Source of the DNA: Candidatus Heimdallarchaeota archaeon
GTDB lineage: Archaea; Asgardarchaeota; Heimdallarchaeia; Hodarchaeales; Hodarchaeaceae
Length of the DNA stretch: 64,000 nucleotides
Direction of reading: 5' to 3'
NCBI GenBank assembly: GCA_011364965.1
Contig: RDOB01000005.1
Location: 147,210-211,209, forward strand
In this document: in pieces, positions 1 to 11,560 of the stretch
Numbering within the stretch: the stretch's first letter is position 1
Layout: every line of letters starts with the position of its first letter
Program-made: the position numbers and the translations under genes
The notes under the pieces: generated by a model
What the model was told of the DNA's origin: nothing
Database searches by the model: none
The model's input: the letters and a program-made list of their open reading frames with translations, nothing else

Positions 1-1097
1 AGTAAGCCTTTTCGAGAATCAAGATAATCCAATGAAATTTTATTCTGGAGAATTCCAATTACAAGAAAAATATAAAAAACCAGAAATCCAAAAATAATAA
101 TATCGATGGAAATCACAACTCTCGAAAACACGATGTTTGCTGGTAGAGAGAAAATTGTGACAGTAATGGGCATGATTAACACGAAAATTATGAACCCAAG
201 CAATGCACGCAATTTTAGTTTCTTTATCATTGTTATTTGAGAAAAATCAATGGAAATGAACATGAAATAAAGAACCACAATTACAATTAAGAGTAAATTG
301 ATATTTACTAGCATCCAATAAAAATTGATTCGAAAAAAGCCAACTTTTTCTAATATGATATCAAAAGGTTGAGTATCAAGAGGATTCGGACGATGTTCAG
401 TTGTAATTCCAAAAAGAAAGAATGTCACTCCAATTATTGTAATCGTAAATACTAATTCACATAGCAAAAACGCTATATCTCTTCTTTTGAATCCTTTGAA
501 TGAATTAGGGTAGTCGTAAGCAATTATATTTAAAATTAAAAACGAACCACTGATGGTTAAAGCAGGTTGAATTAAAAGCCAAAGATATAGAATTACAATA
601 CCCATGCGATAAGATAATTCATCTAATATTCGGATATCATGAAGTACAATATCAAATGGTGTTACACGACCAATAAAGGACAAAAGGTCTAAAATAAAGA
701 TTATGAAAAATAAACTGGCTCCGATAATGATGTAAACTTTTCTAGTCCCACGAATTGCCTTCAAATTTATTATTTGTTCCCTAAATGGTTTATCTTCTCC
801 AATTGTATAAATGAATATACCTAATAATAAAGTAAAATTAAGCAAACGCGATAATTGACCCCAAATATTAGGTTGAATCATATAATGTTCAACCTCCAAC
901 TCCGTTAAGGGATTTAAAATTATAATATCCGAAATTTCAACAAGAGTGAACTGAATAAATCCAAAAAAAATACTCAAAACGAAACAAATCAAAAGGAATA
1001 TCTTGAATGGAGATAAATTCAACTCATTTTGCGAATTCTTAACATAAAGTAGCCTTTGTACTCCTAAGCTCAATGGTTTGAAGAATTCGCGAAACAT
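1..1097 (-). CDS. Multi-pass membrane protein, hypothetical; runs off the window edge
   Basis: Manual translation from ATG at 1097 (MFREFFKPLSLGVQRLLYVK...) gives a long open frame with many hydrophobic segments. It is probably absent from the ORF track because its stop lies outside the window. Confidence 0.7.
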   Translation of the reverse strand, partial: MFREFFKPLSLGVQRLLYVKNSQNELNLSPFKIFLLICFVLSIFFGFIQFTLVEISDIIILNPLTELEVEHYMIQPNIWGQLSRLLNFTLLLGIFIYTIGEDKPFREQIINLKAIRGTRKVYIIIGASLFFIIFILDLLSFIGRVTPFDIVLHDIRILDELSYRMGIVILYLWLLIQPALTISGSFLILNIIAYDYPNSFKGFKRRDIAFLLCELVFTITIIGVTFFLFGITTEHRPNPLDTQPFDIILEKVGFFRINFYWMLVNINLLLIVIVVLYFMFISIDFSQITMIKKLKLRALLGFIIFVLIMPITVTIFSLPANIVFSRVVISIDIIIFGFLVFYIFLVIGILQNKISLDYLDSRKGL

Positions 1098-1156
1098 ACC
1101 CGTTCCTCTATAAAGCTAAATAAGTTCCTTAAAAATCATATTTTACGTGGATTATA

Positions 1157-1831
1157 TTGCCTAGTCCTCCAGTATTTAAACCTCAAGAAGAGGAACTCCG
1201 ATCTAACTTTCTTAAATACACTCGTATAGCCTTTCAAGCCTTTTCTTTAAAGTCTACTCCCCGAATTTTAGACATTGGTTGTGGAACAGGAGTTCCAACA
1301 CTAGAACTTGCGAAATTGACAAAAGGGGAAATTATTGCTCTAGATATTGATGAGTCAGCTCTTAAAGAATTAAATAGGAAGATTGAAATTGCAGGGTTAT
1401 CATATCGTATTAAAACACAACTAGGTTCGCTTTATGAATTGGAATTTCCGCCTAATTCTTTTGATATTATTTGGGCTGAGGGTGTAACTAGCATCATCAG
1501 TGTAGAAACAGCCTTGAAAACCTGGTATGCTGTATTGAAACCTCAAGCATATCTGGTTATGCATGTAGATGCTCAGAATCTGGCTTTTGATTTTGAAATG
1601 ATTTCAAATCAATTAGGTTATGAGGTGGTTGAAACTTTTTTACTACCTGAAGATGCATGGTGGAAAGGATATTACTCTCCTTTGGAAAAACAAATTCAAA
1701 GCTATCTTGAATTACATTCAAATAACAAACTTGCATTAGAGAGTGTAAAAACTTATTTAAAAACTATAAAACAAGTGAAAAAAAATCCATCACGTTATAG
1801 ATCGGGTTTTATTATATTTAAGCGGATTTAG
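1157..1831 (+). CDS. Class I SAM-dependent methyltransferase
   Basis: Motif I ILDIGCGTG, ALDID, FDIIWAEG. Confidence 0.9.
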   Translation: MPSPPVFKPQEEELRSNFLKYTRIAFQAFSLKSTPRILDIGCGTGVPTLELAKLTKGEIIALDIDESALKELNRKIEIAGLSYRIKTQLGSLYELEFPPNSFDIIWAEGVTSIISVETALKTWYAVLKPQAYLVMHVDAQNLAFDFEMISNQLGYEVVETFLLPEDAWWKGYYSPLEKQIQSYLELHSNNKLALESVKTYLKTIKQVKKNPSRYRSGFIIFKRI

Positions 1832-1918
1832 AAATTGTTTGAAAACATCCGATTATTCCTATTGTTTATAGGTATTTACATAACAAACCTTATTTGCTCC
1901 TTAATGGAAAGATGACCT

Positions 1919-2377
1919 ATGAATGTCGAGCAACTGCTGAAACAAGCCATAATACGTCATTTAGATGAAACACACATCCTATTAGCTCAATTATCAGGTT
2001 TGGACGTTAAACAAACCCCAATAGAGACTGGCAGGCCACTTGGCGAGATTATTTTGCATATGATACGTTCCCTTGAGTTTTATGCTCATGGATTATTTGA
2101 AGATCACTGGGAAGCTTTGAAATACGATTTAGAGGTTTATTCTACAGGAGAGAGTATTTTTCAGCTTTATATTACAGTTAGTGAAACGGTTAAAGGTCTA
2201 GTAAACCATTTAACTCCTTCTATTTTAACACGAGAGTATTTAGAGTGGAATCGTCCAGCAACTGGAGCTGAGATACTTCTAGAAATGCTTGAACATAGTA
2301 TTCAGCATCGTGGACAAATAATTGTTTATTATCGATTACTTGGGCTTGATCCAGTCAAAATTCCCTATATTCTCTAA
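1919..2377 (+). CDS. DinB/YfiT-like metal-binding protein
   Basis: IILHM and EHSIQHRGQ His triad; C-terminal YYRLLG.P. Confidence 0.85.
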   Translation: MNVEQLLKQAIIRHLDETHILLAQLSGLDVKQTPIETGRPLGEIILHMIRSLEFYAHGLFEDHWEALKYDLEVYSTGESIFQLYITVSETVKGLVNHLTPSILTREYLEWNRPATGAEILLEMLEHSIQHRGQIIVYYRLLGLDPVKIPYIL

Positions 2378-2759
2378 TTGAACTTCTTATCAGAGGTAAA
2401 ATTGAACGATATTCCAGAGGAGAGTATAATACCTTCAAGTGTCCTCAAGATGGATTTGAGATAGGAAAATAAGTAAAGCTAGGTTAAAAACAATTATCCA
2501 GCTAATGAATGTGATAATCTCTTTCAGCACATGGGTGCACCTGATTGCTCAAACTGGTATAAAAGTTAGTTTTAAATTATTCTTGACTTGAGGATCGAAA
2601 TGTACAAAGATTAAAAATAATTTGATCAAACATTGTTTTTCTAAACTCTCACTCACGGTTTATTTTCTTCCGTAATCAAGAATTTATATAGCTTAAAGCT
2701 CTCTCATATAGATAACTTTGAAGGACGAATTACTTAAATAAGGATAGGATCCTGAAGTT

Positions 2760-5417
2760 TTGCTCTTCCTCAAATTAGCGTTTGCAAATGTCATTCGCAA
2801 TCGTCGAAGTGGTTTATCTATTGCTATAGGTATATTTTTATCCTTGATTCTATTCAATGCCTTAAATTTTAATTTAGTGCTGGTGCAGGACGAGATAATT
2901 TCAAGTATGGTTTTTTCTCCATATGAGATATTGGGATATTCTTATTATTATGAAGGAGATTCTTCTAAACTCTTAAATGATACCGCAACCTGGGATGAAA
3001 TTTCAGCTGAAGCTGAAATTCAATCAGTTAACCCTATAGCTTCATCCTATGCATACGGATCGGATTCAAACCTCGACTATTCTTTCTACGGAGTGAGAGA
3101 GGATGATTGGGAAAAAATATTAACAACGGTAAATCCCGATGTTATTGAGGGAAGCTTAAACTTTACTATATATGATGGCTCAAACATTCCTGTTATAGGT
3201 TTTGCTACAACACCCAAGATTGAAAACGAGACCCTTGCGATTGTAAGCTATGACAGATTTAATATTACTCTAGATATACTCGGATGGACATATTTCGATA
3301 CTACAGAGACATTTTTCTCCACTAAATTTGATTTAGAGCTTATTCAAAGACCAAATAGCTTCGTTTTTATCACTTTATTTCCTTATATGATTAAATTCAA
3401 TTTTTTTGACTTAGAATTGCTAATTAAATTGGAATCCAATGTTATAGATTATCAGGATGTCGTGGGGACAGTAAGTCGCATCGATAAACTTGTTACTCGA
3501 CTTAACCTAAAATATGGAACCGACTATTGGTTTTACTCCCCAGTATCGGGACAACTAGCAGGAGCTCAATTCGCTATCTATGTCTTTTTGGTTGTTTCAT
3601 TAATATTCTTATTACCATTCTTTTTTCTTTCTTTTTATCTCTCCAAATTATCCTCTGATTTGAATTTAGAATCTCGTCGAATTCAATATAGTATATTTCT
3701 TACCCGAGGAGTACACCCTAAAACTATTCAACGATCCTATCTTGCTGAGGGAGTAATTCTAGGTTTAATAAATGGAATAATAACATTTCTGCTTACTCCT
3801 GGAGTGGGATTATTCTTTGGCGGTTTTCTACCAGTGAATATTCCTTCCTTACCAGTTTTAGATTTATGGATTAACTACTACGTCCAAAATTCTGCTCAAT
3901 TATTTTGGAGTATTGGCATTGGGATGGCTTTAGGATTTATGATTATGCGTATACCTCGTTATTATCTATTCCTTTCTCCTCATGAACTTATGCATAAGTA
4001 TCGTATAGAGGAAGGAGAGACTGTTAAAGTCCGAGGACGAAAAGATTTAGCAATTCTTATGATAGGCCTCTATCCCGTTGGGATGGGGATTCTCTTAGTG
4101 CTTTCTATAATTCTTCAAGCTCCAACTATTTTTTATTTTGTTCTTGTACTCTTAGGGTCTTATTCCTTGTATGTTATTCCGTTTAGCCCCTTTTTAATAT
4201 CCTATGGATTATCATCGATTTTAGCTCGACAACGATGGTTACTTTTAGCGATTTCTCGTATCTTTACAAAACCCTTTCCAGCTTTACGACCTTTGGTCGA
4301 ACGATTGGTTTTTTCGAAATTATACCGGATTTCACGAATCGCGTTTGTTATGGCTTTAGCTTTAACATTTATCATTTTTCCATTAATACTTGCTGCTTCT
4401 TTTGAAGCTTATAATGAGAACTTAGCAAATTTCACACTAGGAGGGGATATCCGGATTGATGTAACTATGAATTCAAGTATTAGCTTGGAAATTCTGAAAC
4501 AGAGAACTGAAGTAAAAGAGGTGGCTTTAATACAACGATCTTATGAAAAAAGTTTTACAAAGGTTCATTTAAATCCCTCTGAATATTTGAAATCGGTTGA
4601 AGTACGTCCTTTCTGGCGACTAGACCAAGAAAAGCTAGCTAATCTTTCAGCAACGTCTGTTTTTGTATCCAATATGGTATTGAAGGATTTTAGCGTAAAG
4701 ATCGGAGATTGCTTAACATTCAATGATACTGAATACACCATAGTGGGGAGTTTTATAGCTTTGGGAGGAACAGATATAATTACAGGAAGTACCTATGTAG
4801 CAGTGTTTAATAATCAACTAAATCCTCAGTTTAATTCAGGGAGTTTTGTTCTGAAAATGGATAAACTTTCAGTAACCTCGGTTAGGACTCTTTATGATTT
4901 CATTACAGAGTTAGATTCCAGCGCTAATTTTAAATCGAAAATTGACTTTAAAGACCCTTCTGATCAACCAGAATCCTTTGATATCTTTCTATTTTTAATC
5001 CGAATATTAGAAACTCAGGCTTTACTTCTCTCATTTATTAGTATCTTTACACTTGCTTTTCTAATGGTTATAAGGGTGCGGGAACGAACTCAAGAATTGG
5101 GTATATGGCGCAGTAAAGGAATGAGTGATAGGCAGCTAATAGAAGGAATGGTCATAGAAACAGCGAGCATAGGAACACTCGGGATTTTGGTGGGTTTATT
5201 GACAGGAACACTCCTAATAGTCGGGTTTCAGGGATTCATTTTGAATACAATTGTGGAAGGTGTGTCTCTAATTCCTCTCGAATTGGTCATTCCCATTGAA
5301 ATGTGGATTTTATTCTTCTTAATGACCCTGGGAGTAATAATAATTGCGTTGATTATTGGTTTGTGGGTTACATTAACCCCCATATCTGAGCAAATTCGTT
5401 ATGAAGATTATACATGA
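2760..5417 (+). CDS. FtsX/MacB-type ABC transporter permease (duplicated)
   Basis: N-terminal LAFANVIRNRR; two FtsX-like TM blocks (ESRRIQYSIFLTRG, RERTQELGIWRSKG); overlaps the ATPase via ATGA. Confidence 0.9.
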   Translation: MLFLKLAFANVIRNRRSGLSIAIGIFLSLILFNALNFNLVLVQDEIISSMVFSPYEILGYSYYYEGDSSKLLNDTATWDEISAEAEIQSVNPIASSYAYGSDSNLDYSFYGVREDDWEKILTTVNPDVIEGSLNFTIYDGSNIPVIGFATTPKIENETLAIVSYDRFNITLDILGWTYFDTTETFFSTKFDLELIQRPNSFVFITLFPYMIKFNFFDLELLIKLESNVIDYQDVVGTVSRIDKLVTRLNLKYGTDYWFYSPVSGQLAGAQFAIYVFLVVSLIFLLPFFFLSFYLSKLSSDLNLESRRIQYSIFLTRGVHPKTIQRSYLAEGVILGLINGIITFLLTPGVGLFFGGFLPVNIPSLPVLDLWINYYVQNSAQLFWSIGIGMALGFMIMRIPRYYLFLSPHELMHKYRIEEGETVKVRGRKDLAILMIGLYPVGMGILLVLSIILQAPTIFYFVLVLLGSYSLYVIPFSPFLISYGLSSILARQRWLLLAISRIFTKPFPALRPLVERLVFSKLYRISRIAFVMALALTFIIFPLILAASFEAYNENLANFTLGGDIRIDVTMNSSISLEILKQRTEVKEVALIQRSYEKSFTKVHLNPSEYLKSVEVRPFWRLDQEKLANLSATSVFVSNMVLKDFSVKIGDCLTFNDTEYTIVGSFIALGGTDIITGSTYVAVFNNQLNPQFNSGSFVLKMDKLSVTSVRTLYDFITELDSSANFKSKIDFKDPSDQPESFDIFLFLIRILETQALLLSFISIFTLAFLMVIRVRERTQELGIWRSKGMSDRQLIEGMVIETASIGTLGILVGLLTGTLLIVGFQGFILNTIVEGVSLIPLELVIPIEMWILFFLMTLGVIIIALIIGLWVTLTPISEQIRYEDYT

Positions 5418-6385
5418 ATGGTAGGATAAAATTGAGTAGCTTTATTGAAATTAAGGACTTGAATAAACAGTACATGTCTGCAGCTGAAGTACCTATCCTT
5501 GCATTACGAAATCTAAATCTAGAAGTAGCTGAAAATGAAATCGTTACAATTATGGGTCCATCAGGATGTGGGAAAACGACACTTTTAACTATGTTAGGAG
5601 GGATTGCTTCTCCTACTTCTGGATTCATTCGTGTAGGTAATTATTATTTGACCTCGCCAGAAATGATGTCTCGCATTTTTAGTTCCGCTACTCATACCGA
5701 GTACCGACAGAAGTCCGTAGGATTTATTTTTCAATTGCATAATCTCTCTCCTATTCATACTGCGCTTGAAAACGTCGAATTGCCATTAATATTTGCCAGT
5801 GTTCCTCGAGAAGTTAGAAAAAAGCGTGCTAAAGAATTATTGGAACAGGTAGGTTTAGCTAATAGGATTACTCATAGGCCAGATGCACTCTCTGGAGGAG
5901 AGCGTCAACGAGTAGCTGTTGCTACCGCATTTGCTAACAATCCATCCCTTATCCTAGCAGATGAACCCACTGGAGAATTAGATTCTGAAAATTCTCGTAT
6001 GATATGTGAGTTATTTTTAGAACTAAAGAAGAGAAACAATTTTACAATGATTCTTGTCACTCATGATCCAAAAGTTGCAGCAATTGGAGACCGTGTTCTC
6101 GAAATGCGTGATGGAGCTATACGAGGAGAAATTCCAAAAGAGACGGTTAGAACCCTCACTCCTAGCAGTCAAGAATCAAAAGAATCCTCAAGGCAATTCC
6201 CCTTTCCTCCAAAATTCTGTGGAGCTTGTGGTTCAAATTCTATAATTTTACCAAAAACAGAAACAAGGTCGGGATTTTGGACTGAAGCAAGCGGAAAAAG
6301 GATCTATTATGAGCTAAGATTCGCGCAATGCGTCCAATGTGGTCAAGTGTTCTGGCAACCGACTAATATAGACATTGAATCCTAG
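5414..6385 (+). CDS. LolD/MacB-type ABC ATPase with C-terminal Zn-ribbon
   Basis: Walker A GPSGCGKT, signature LSGGERQR, ILADEPTGELD, VTHD; C-terminal CGAC...CVQC. Confidence 0.92.
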   Translation: MNGRIKLSSFIEIKDLNKQYMSAAEVPILALRNLNLEVAENEIVTIMGPSGCGKTTLLTMLGGIASPTSGFIRVGNYYLTSPEMMSRIFSSATHTEYRQKSVGFIFQLHNLSPIHTALENVELPLIFASVPREVRKKRAKELLEQVGLANRITHRPDALSGGERQRVAVATAFANNPSLILADEPTGELDSENSRMICELFLELKKRNNFTMILVTHDPKVAAIGDRVLEMRDGAIRGEIPKETVRTLTPSSQESKESSRQFPFPPKFCGACGSNSIILPKTETRSGFWTEASGKRIYYELRFAQCVQCGQVFWQPTNIDIES

Positions 6386-6641
6386 TCAAAAAAGATTTTG
6401 CGAAAAGATTTTTCTTCTTGATTGGATTTTTAAAATTCGCATAGATTTCCATTTGCTGGTTGATAGAATAGATATCTTGTTCTTTTGACTTAAAAGTCGG
6501 TTTTTTTCTTTCTCTCGATTTGACCTTTTTCTTCTTCATATATAAGCATGCCTTTAAATAATTCTTCTATTATATATATTAATTGTATGATATTACACAT
6601 TAAAAACACATTATTTATTTAAGTAAAGAAGGAAAAGATAG

Positions 6642-8531
6642 ATGAATCTACCAACTCCAAATTTCAAAAAAATATCTCACCGAATAGTGATATTGAGTTT
6701 ACTAGTAGCTTTAGTACCTTTGACCATTCAAGCATTACTAGATGCGAATGCTCTGGAAAGTCAGCTGTATCAATCCAAAGAAAAAGAATTAGAAAACAGA
6801 TCAGTTGATTTATCTCATATCACTGACAAATACTTTTCAGAAGCTGCAGATTTAATACACTCACTGGCGGACTCCCCCCTTCTACAAGATTCAGCATTAA
6901 ATGCTTCAAATCAAGATTTGAACATACTGTGGGATGCATACGAAGGCTCGAATTACGATAATGAAGCTAATCAAAAGGCAAACAAAACAGCTATTCCCTG
7001 GGATCCCACTAATGACCTATTCCCAAACATTTCGGTCTATATAAATGAATTTGCGATTAAAAATAATTTTACCGAAATTTTTGTGGCTGATGCACAGGGA
7101 CGAGTATATGCTACAACCGAGTCAGTACCTGGTGATTTCCTACAGATAGATGAAGACTGGTGGACAGCTACTGAGAACTCAGAAACATGTGAGTTCACTG
7201 AATTCGAGTATGATGACAGCTCTGCAGCTTATGTATTGACAATAGTCCATGAAATTGAATTAGATAATACAACAACTGTTGGTATGATTAAAACCGCTTT
7301 TAACGTTAATGCTGTTACTAATGCAATTAGAGAGGTTATAGAACATTCACTACACGATACAGAGGAGCATGATCATGAACATGAAGGTACCATTGAAGGC
7401 GTAACTACCTTTACTATCGGATTGGATGGATCGATAATCATTCACATGGAAGAGAACCTGATTGGTAAAAATATAACAAATTTCATGCCTGAAAGAAGTG
7501 TGCTAAATAAACAGATTTACACTGAGCTTAAAGAAGGGCTCATTCCCGTTGGTTACGGAAAAATAGCTTATATGAACACATCTTATTATGCAAGCTATCA
7601 GAAACTCCATAATTGGGAATTCTGCATTTTTGTTATCGAAGATAGTAAAGTGATTTCTGATGCCATAGCAGGCCAGTGGATTAGAAATCTTTTGTTACAG
7701 TTGTTTTTAATAGTTATTGCTGTAGTATTTGCGGTTTTCGCTGCTAGAACCCTAGCTAATCCAATTAAGAACATTGCATTGATAACCCAAAAAGTAGCAG
7801 ACGGAGATCTCAATACTAAACTTGGTGAATCCGAATTGAAAAGAGCTGATGAGATCGGACAGCTAAGTAATTCATTTGAAAAAATGATTGACAATCTGAA
7901 TGATTTCATATATAGTTCGCAAGCAGCTGCGGAAGAAGTCTCAGCATCTGCGGAAGAATTAGCTTCTACCAGCGAAGAAGTTAATGCACTCTCTGAAGAA
8001 ATCGCTGCAACCGTACAACAAGTCACCCGAGGTGCTACAACTCAATCTGAATTGGCTATCAAAGCAATAGAAAGTTTAAACTCAATGTCTACCGTAGTGG
8101 ATACAGCTCTCAATGATATAAGTGCTACCATACAAATTATTGAAGATATTGCTACTCAGACAAATATCTTAGCACTAAACGCTGCAATAGAAGCTGCACG
8201 TGCTGGTGAATCAGGTCGGGGATTTGCAGTAGTTGCGGATAATGTTCGTCGCTTAGCGGAAGAAACAAAAAATAATTCTGCAGAAATTACTACTTTTAGT
8301 GATAGAATTATCCAAAATATCCAATCAAGTGTAAAAGGACTTGCTGACACTCTTCAGAGTTTCGCTGCTCAATCCGAAGAATTTAGCGCGTCAAGTGAGG
8401 AAGTAGCGGCATCAACTGAAGAACAAAGTTCCGCAATGCATCAATTAACAGTTGCAGCTCAATCTTTGACAAAATTAGGGGAAGATCTCTCTCTACGAGT
8501 TATGAGTTATAAAACGAAGGAAGAAAAGTAA
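6642..8531 (+). CDS. Methyl-accepting chemotaxis protein (TM-Cache-like-TM-HAMP-MA)
   Basis: [35 protein letters not shown] hairpin tip; HAMP ([10 protein letters not shown]); two TMs flanking an extracellular domain. Confidence 0.95.
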   Translation: MNLPTPNFKKISHRIVILSLLVALVPLTIQALLDANALESQLYQSKEKELENRSVDLSHITDKYFSEAADLIHSLADSPLLQDSALNASNQDLNILWDAYEGSNYDNEANQKANKTAIPWDPTNDLFPNISVYINEFAIKNNFTEIFVADAQGRVYATTESVPGDFLQIDEDWWTATENSETCEFTEFEYDDSSAAYVLTIVHEIELDNTTTVGMIKTAFNVNAVTNAIREVIEHSLHDTEEHDHEHEGTIEGVTTFTIGLDGSIIIHMEENLIGKNITNFMPERSVLNKQIYTELKEGLIPVGYGKIAYMNTSYYASYQKLHNWEFCIFVIEDSKVISDAIAGQWIRNLLLQLFLIVIAVVFAVFAARTLANPIKNIALITQKVADGDLNTKLGESELKRADEIGQLSNSFEKMIDNLNDFIYSSQAAAEEVSASAEELASTSEEVNALSEEIAATVQQVTRGATTQSELAIKAIESLNSMSTVVDTALNDISATIQIIEDIATQTNILALNAAIEAARAGESGRGFAVVADNVRRLAEETKNNSAEITTFSDRIIQNIQSSVKGLADTLQSFAAQSEEFSASSEEVAASTEEQSSAMHQLTVAAQSLTKLGEDLSLRVMSYKTKEEK

Positions 8532-8753
8532 CACGATCTGTTTTTGGAATGTTAATCTTTTCTTTTTCCTTTTCTTTTTCTCTTACTAAAAAATTTATGA
8601 GCTATACATATTGTTTTGGATTTAATCTAAAGAAGTAATACCTAAAAACTTAACTACGATATAAACAAAGGGAAGCATAAGAATCCTACTTTATCTAAGC
8701 TTAATGACAAGTGTCCTTATTCTAGTAGACCGCTTTTCGGAGGAACGTCAGTT

Positions 8754-9158
8754 ATGGTAACATTTCAAGAACTAGATAAGCAATCGAAATATATTAGTTT
8801 AACAACGTATTATAAAAATGGAAAAGGCGTAGCTACTCCAGTAGAATTTGCTGAACAGGACGGATTGATTTATGTTAATACTCGGAAAAAATCCTGGAAA
8901 GTGAAACGAATCAAAGGAAATCCTAAAGGATCAATTGCTCTCTGTACTATGAGAGGTAAACTTCTAGGAGAGAAGCTAAATGTTAACATACGAATCTTGC
9001 CAAAAGAGAAAGAAGCTTATGCACAAGAAGTTCTCAATCAAAAACTTACAAAGGGATTTAACAAATTTTTCATTTATTTATTTAAATTCATGGCAAAGCT
9101 AACTTTCTGGAAAACACCTGATGTTCGGGTTTTCCTCGAGATTTCCCCAACCTCTTGA
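8754..9158 (+). CDS. PPOX-class (F420-dependent-like) split-barrel oxidoreductase
   Basis: YISLTTYYKNGKGVATPV, KVKRIKGNP, CTMRG motifs. Confidence 0.85.
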   Translation: MVTFQELDKQSKYISLTTYYKNGKGVATPVEFAEQDGLIYVNTRKKSWKVKRIKGNPKGSIALCTMRGKLLGEKLNVNIRILPKEKEAYAQEVLNQKLTKGFNKFFIYLFKFMAKLTFWKTPDVRVFLEISPTS

Positions 9159-9185
9159 TAGGAAAAAGGGAAGATTTGGGGGTCT

Positions 9186-9257
9186 CAAACTCTGAGCTAT
9201 TGCTCGGTGTTTGTGTTACTCACACGCAAACCGCGATCCGCTCAACTGCTGTTGGTT
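9186..9257. repeat. Imperfect GC-rich inverted repeat, possibly a degenerate attC-like site
   Basis: TGAGC/GCTCA, CGG/CCG and TTTG/CAAA arms between convergent genes; ends in GTTGG. Confidence 0.25.
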
Positions 9258-9329
9258 TAGAAATAAGTTTTATAATATTTATACCTAACCTGATCTATAT
9301 TTATAGTCGGAAGAAACAGAAGATATGAA

Positions 9330-9809
9330 TCAAGGGAATTTATCTTTTAATCCGTATTTATCTTCTACTTTTTCCAATTCTAATAAAAAATTAAGGTCTT
9401 TAGCATAAGTAAACATACCTGGAGCATCAGTAGCGCGATTTTTAAACCCATATGGTTCATAGAAAGGTCCAAATCCCTTAGCTGCCATCAATCCAACAAA
9501 AGCTGTCGGATCTGCATGTATTTTCAAATAATTCATGATTTTTTGCATAATTTGTCTACCGATCCCTTGACGCTGCCAAAGTGGATGAACAATCACGTCT
9601 TGAATGTAAAAATATATGCCATTATCCCCGATTACCCGTCCATAACCAATTAATTGAGTTTCATGATAAACGCAAATAGAATAAAGAGAATTAGCTAAAC
9701 TTTTTTCCACTGCTTTACCAGAAACAGTAGACCAACCAACTAACGCTCGTAAAGTTAGATAATCTCTCACAGAGGGAATAGCTTCTTCAAAGATGAAATT
9801 TTTCGTCAT
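9330..9809 (-). CDS. GNAT N-acetyltransferase
   Basis: YIQDVIVHPLWQRQGIGRQIM acetyl-CoA motif; FYEPYGF. Confidence 0.9.
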   Translation of the reverse strand: MTKNFIFEEAIPSVRDYLTLRALVGWSTVSGKAVEKSLANSLYSICVYHETQLIGYGRVIGDNGIYFYIQDVIVHPLWQRQGIGRQIMQKIMNYLKIHADPTAFVGLMAAKGFGPFYEPYGFKNRATDAPGMFTYAKDLNFLLELEKVEDKYGLKDKFP

Positions 9810-10135
9810 CTTTCATCAATTCCTTTTCCTTCAAACTTATAGTTATAGTTTTTCATCTTAGAGTATAATACCTCCAATATTGTTTTTCCTTACCTATGCA
9901 AATTCTCAATATAAGAGGAACATATACATGTGAAATAATAAAACCAAAGAACGAAAGGACATGAATTCACATAAAATTATAGAAATTGGCTATATCTTAA
10001 AAACCTACTACTTTAATATGCTATTATCCTCCACAGTATTAATCGTACTCATCCTTTTTACATTCCTATAATAATATTAGGTTGGTTAGTTTGACATAAT
10101 CAGTTTTATTATGGTAATAAAAAACCCATCTAGAG

Positions 10136-10616
10136 ATGAAATTACAATACTATCTAATTACAATACTATCCTTCATTATAATCCTACTTGTGGGGATTTC
10201 AAGGATCTATTTAGGAGTACATTGGTTATATAATGTTTTAACTGGTTGGATGTTTGGATTAGCGTTATTAATAATAGTAGTTTTCATCACGGAACCCCTT
10301 AAAAGATTTATAACCACTCAAAATCTCACTCAGAACCAACTCTTCATTGGATTGGCTTTTTTTGGATTTATATTCATGATTCTTACAGCAATCCTAGATT
10401 GGTCTAGGTTTGGGATTTTATCTAGAGAACATGTATGTAAATTTTCAAAATAAACAGAGAAACAATAATCGATGGTTCATCATTGTGCGAGTGATTGTCA
10501 GTTTAGTAATAGTTTTGGGGATTTATTTAATTTCTGATATCTTTTTATCCTCGAGTATCTTCTGGCAACAAGCATTATTCTATATAATTATTTTACTCTC
10601 AGGAATCCTTGGTTAA
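10136..10616 (+). pseudogene. PAP2 phosphatase fragment, 5'-truncated and frameshifted
   Basis: Only the C3 motif SRIYLGVHW is present; continues in a shifted frame (10410-10616). Confidence 0.7.
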
Positions 10617-10648
10617 TCCTATTTTTTTAATCAATTAGGTTTTTGAAG

Positions 10649-11476
10649 TTATGCTCGTTGCAGATGATCTTGTACAAGTTGAAAAAATTCTTCTGGTTTT
10701 ACAAGGAGAGGCATATGTTCTCCCTCTTGAAAATAATAAAAGTTCGCTCTGGGATATAGTTCCTCAAGTGAAGCAGCAGCATTTGAGGACACTCCTGGAT
10801 CATTTGCTGAAATAATGATTAACATTCGATGTTGAAAGGGAAGGGTGGATTCTACAGTAAGTTTAATACTCTTTTGAAAATCTAATAAACTCTCAAAATG
10901 ACAGATAATATCTGGCTTATCTAATAGACGAGAATTAATGATTAACCGGAGTAGCTTAATAATCTGATCACGGTTGTCAACATTGAGAGGAATTAAATTA
11001 CTAAAAGATCTAAACATGACTTTACGAACGATGAAAGCTGGTACCAGTTTAATTAAAGTAAGACTCCTATTTATTTGTTTTGGAAATGATGAGTCACTAC
11101 TAAGTGTGCCAGTGTTTGAAATTACAATTCTATTTATCAAATTCGGGGCATAATACATGAAAGCTTGAACCATAAGCCCTCCAAAGGAACTTCCATATAC
11201 ATGAGTTTTCTTAATCCCCTCTATAGCTAAAATTTCTCTAATTCCGTCTGTCAAGTCTTTTAATCGACTTATTCGGGGATAAATGGGAATAATAATGCGA
11301 AAATAAGTTGCTAAATTACGAACAAAGTCTCCCCCATAAACTGGACGGCGCATTCCTCCAGGAAATAGAATTAAAGCTTGATTTCCGTTACCTAATACAG
11401 CATATTCCCATTTGATATCCTTATATTTGATGGATTTCCAAATAGTATCAGGAGTAGGGTGATAATCATATTCCAT
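10649..11476 (-). CDS. Alpha/beta hydrolase
   Basis: GSSFGG nucleophile elbow, D (SANDP) and H (EGEHMP). Start moved to ATG 11476 to avoid overlap with the divergent gene. Confidence 0.85.
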   Translation of the reverse strand: MEYDYHPTPDTIWKSIKYKDIKWEYAVLGNGNQALILFPGGMRRPVYGGDFVRNLATYFRIIIPIYPRISRLKDLTDGIREILAIEGIKKTHVYGSSFGGLMVQAFMYYAPNLINRIVISNTGTLSSDSSFPKQINRSLTLIKLVPAFIVRKVMFRSFSNLIPLNVDNRDQIIKLLRLIINSRLLDKPDIICHFESLLDFQKSIKLTVESTLPFQHRMLIIISANDPGVSSNAAASLEELYPRANFYYFQEGEHMPLLVKPEEFFQLVQDHLQRA

Positions 11477-11560
11477 TTTAATCACTTGACCAATAATCAA
11501 TGATTTTTCAATGTTAAACCTATTAAGGTATAGAATCCTATTGTTGGGAAGGGATGTTAA

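Noticed and set aside
7598-8350. Antisense ORFs inside the MCP, and similar short shadows in the ORF track such as 17714, 20000, 22032, 23113, 37549, 51089 and 59127-59959
   Set aside because: They overlap better-supported genes on the opposite strand or in another frame and show no motifs.
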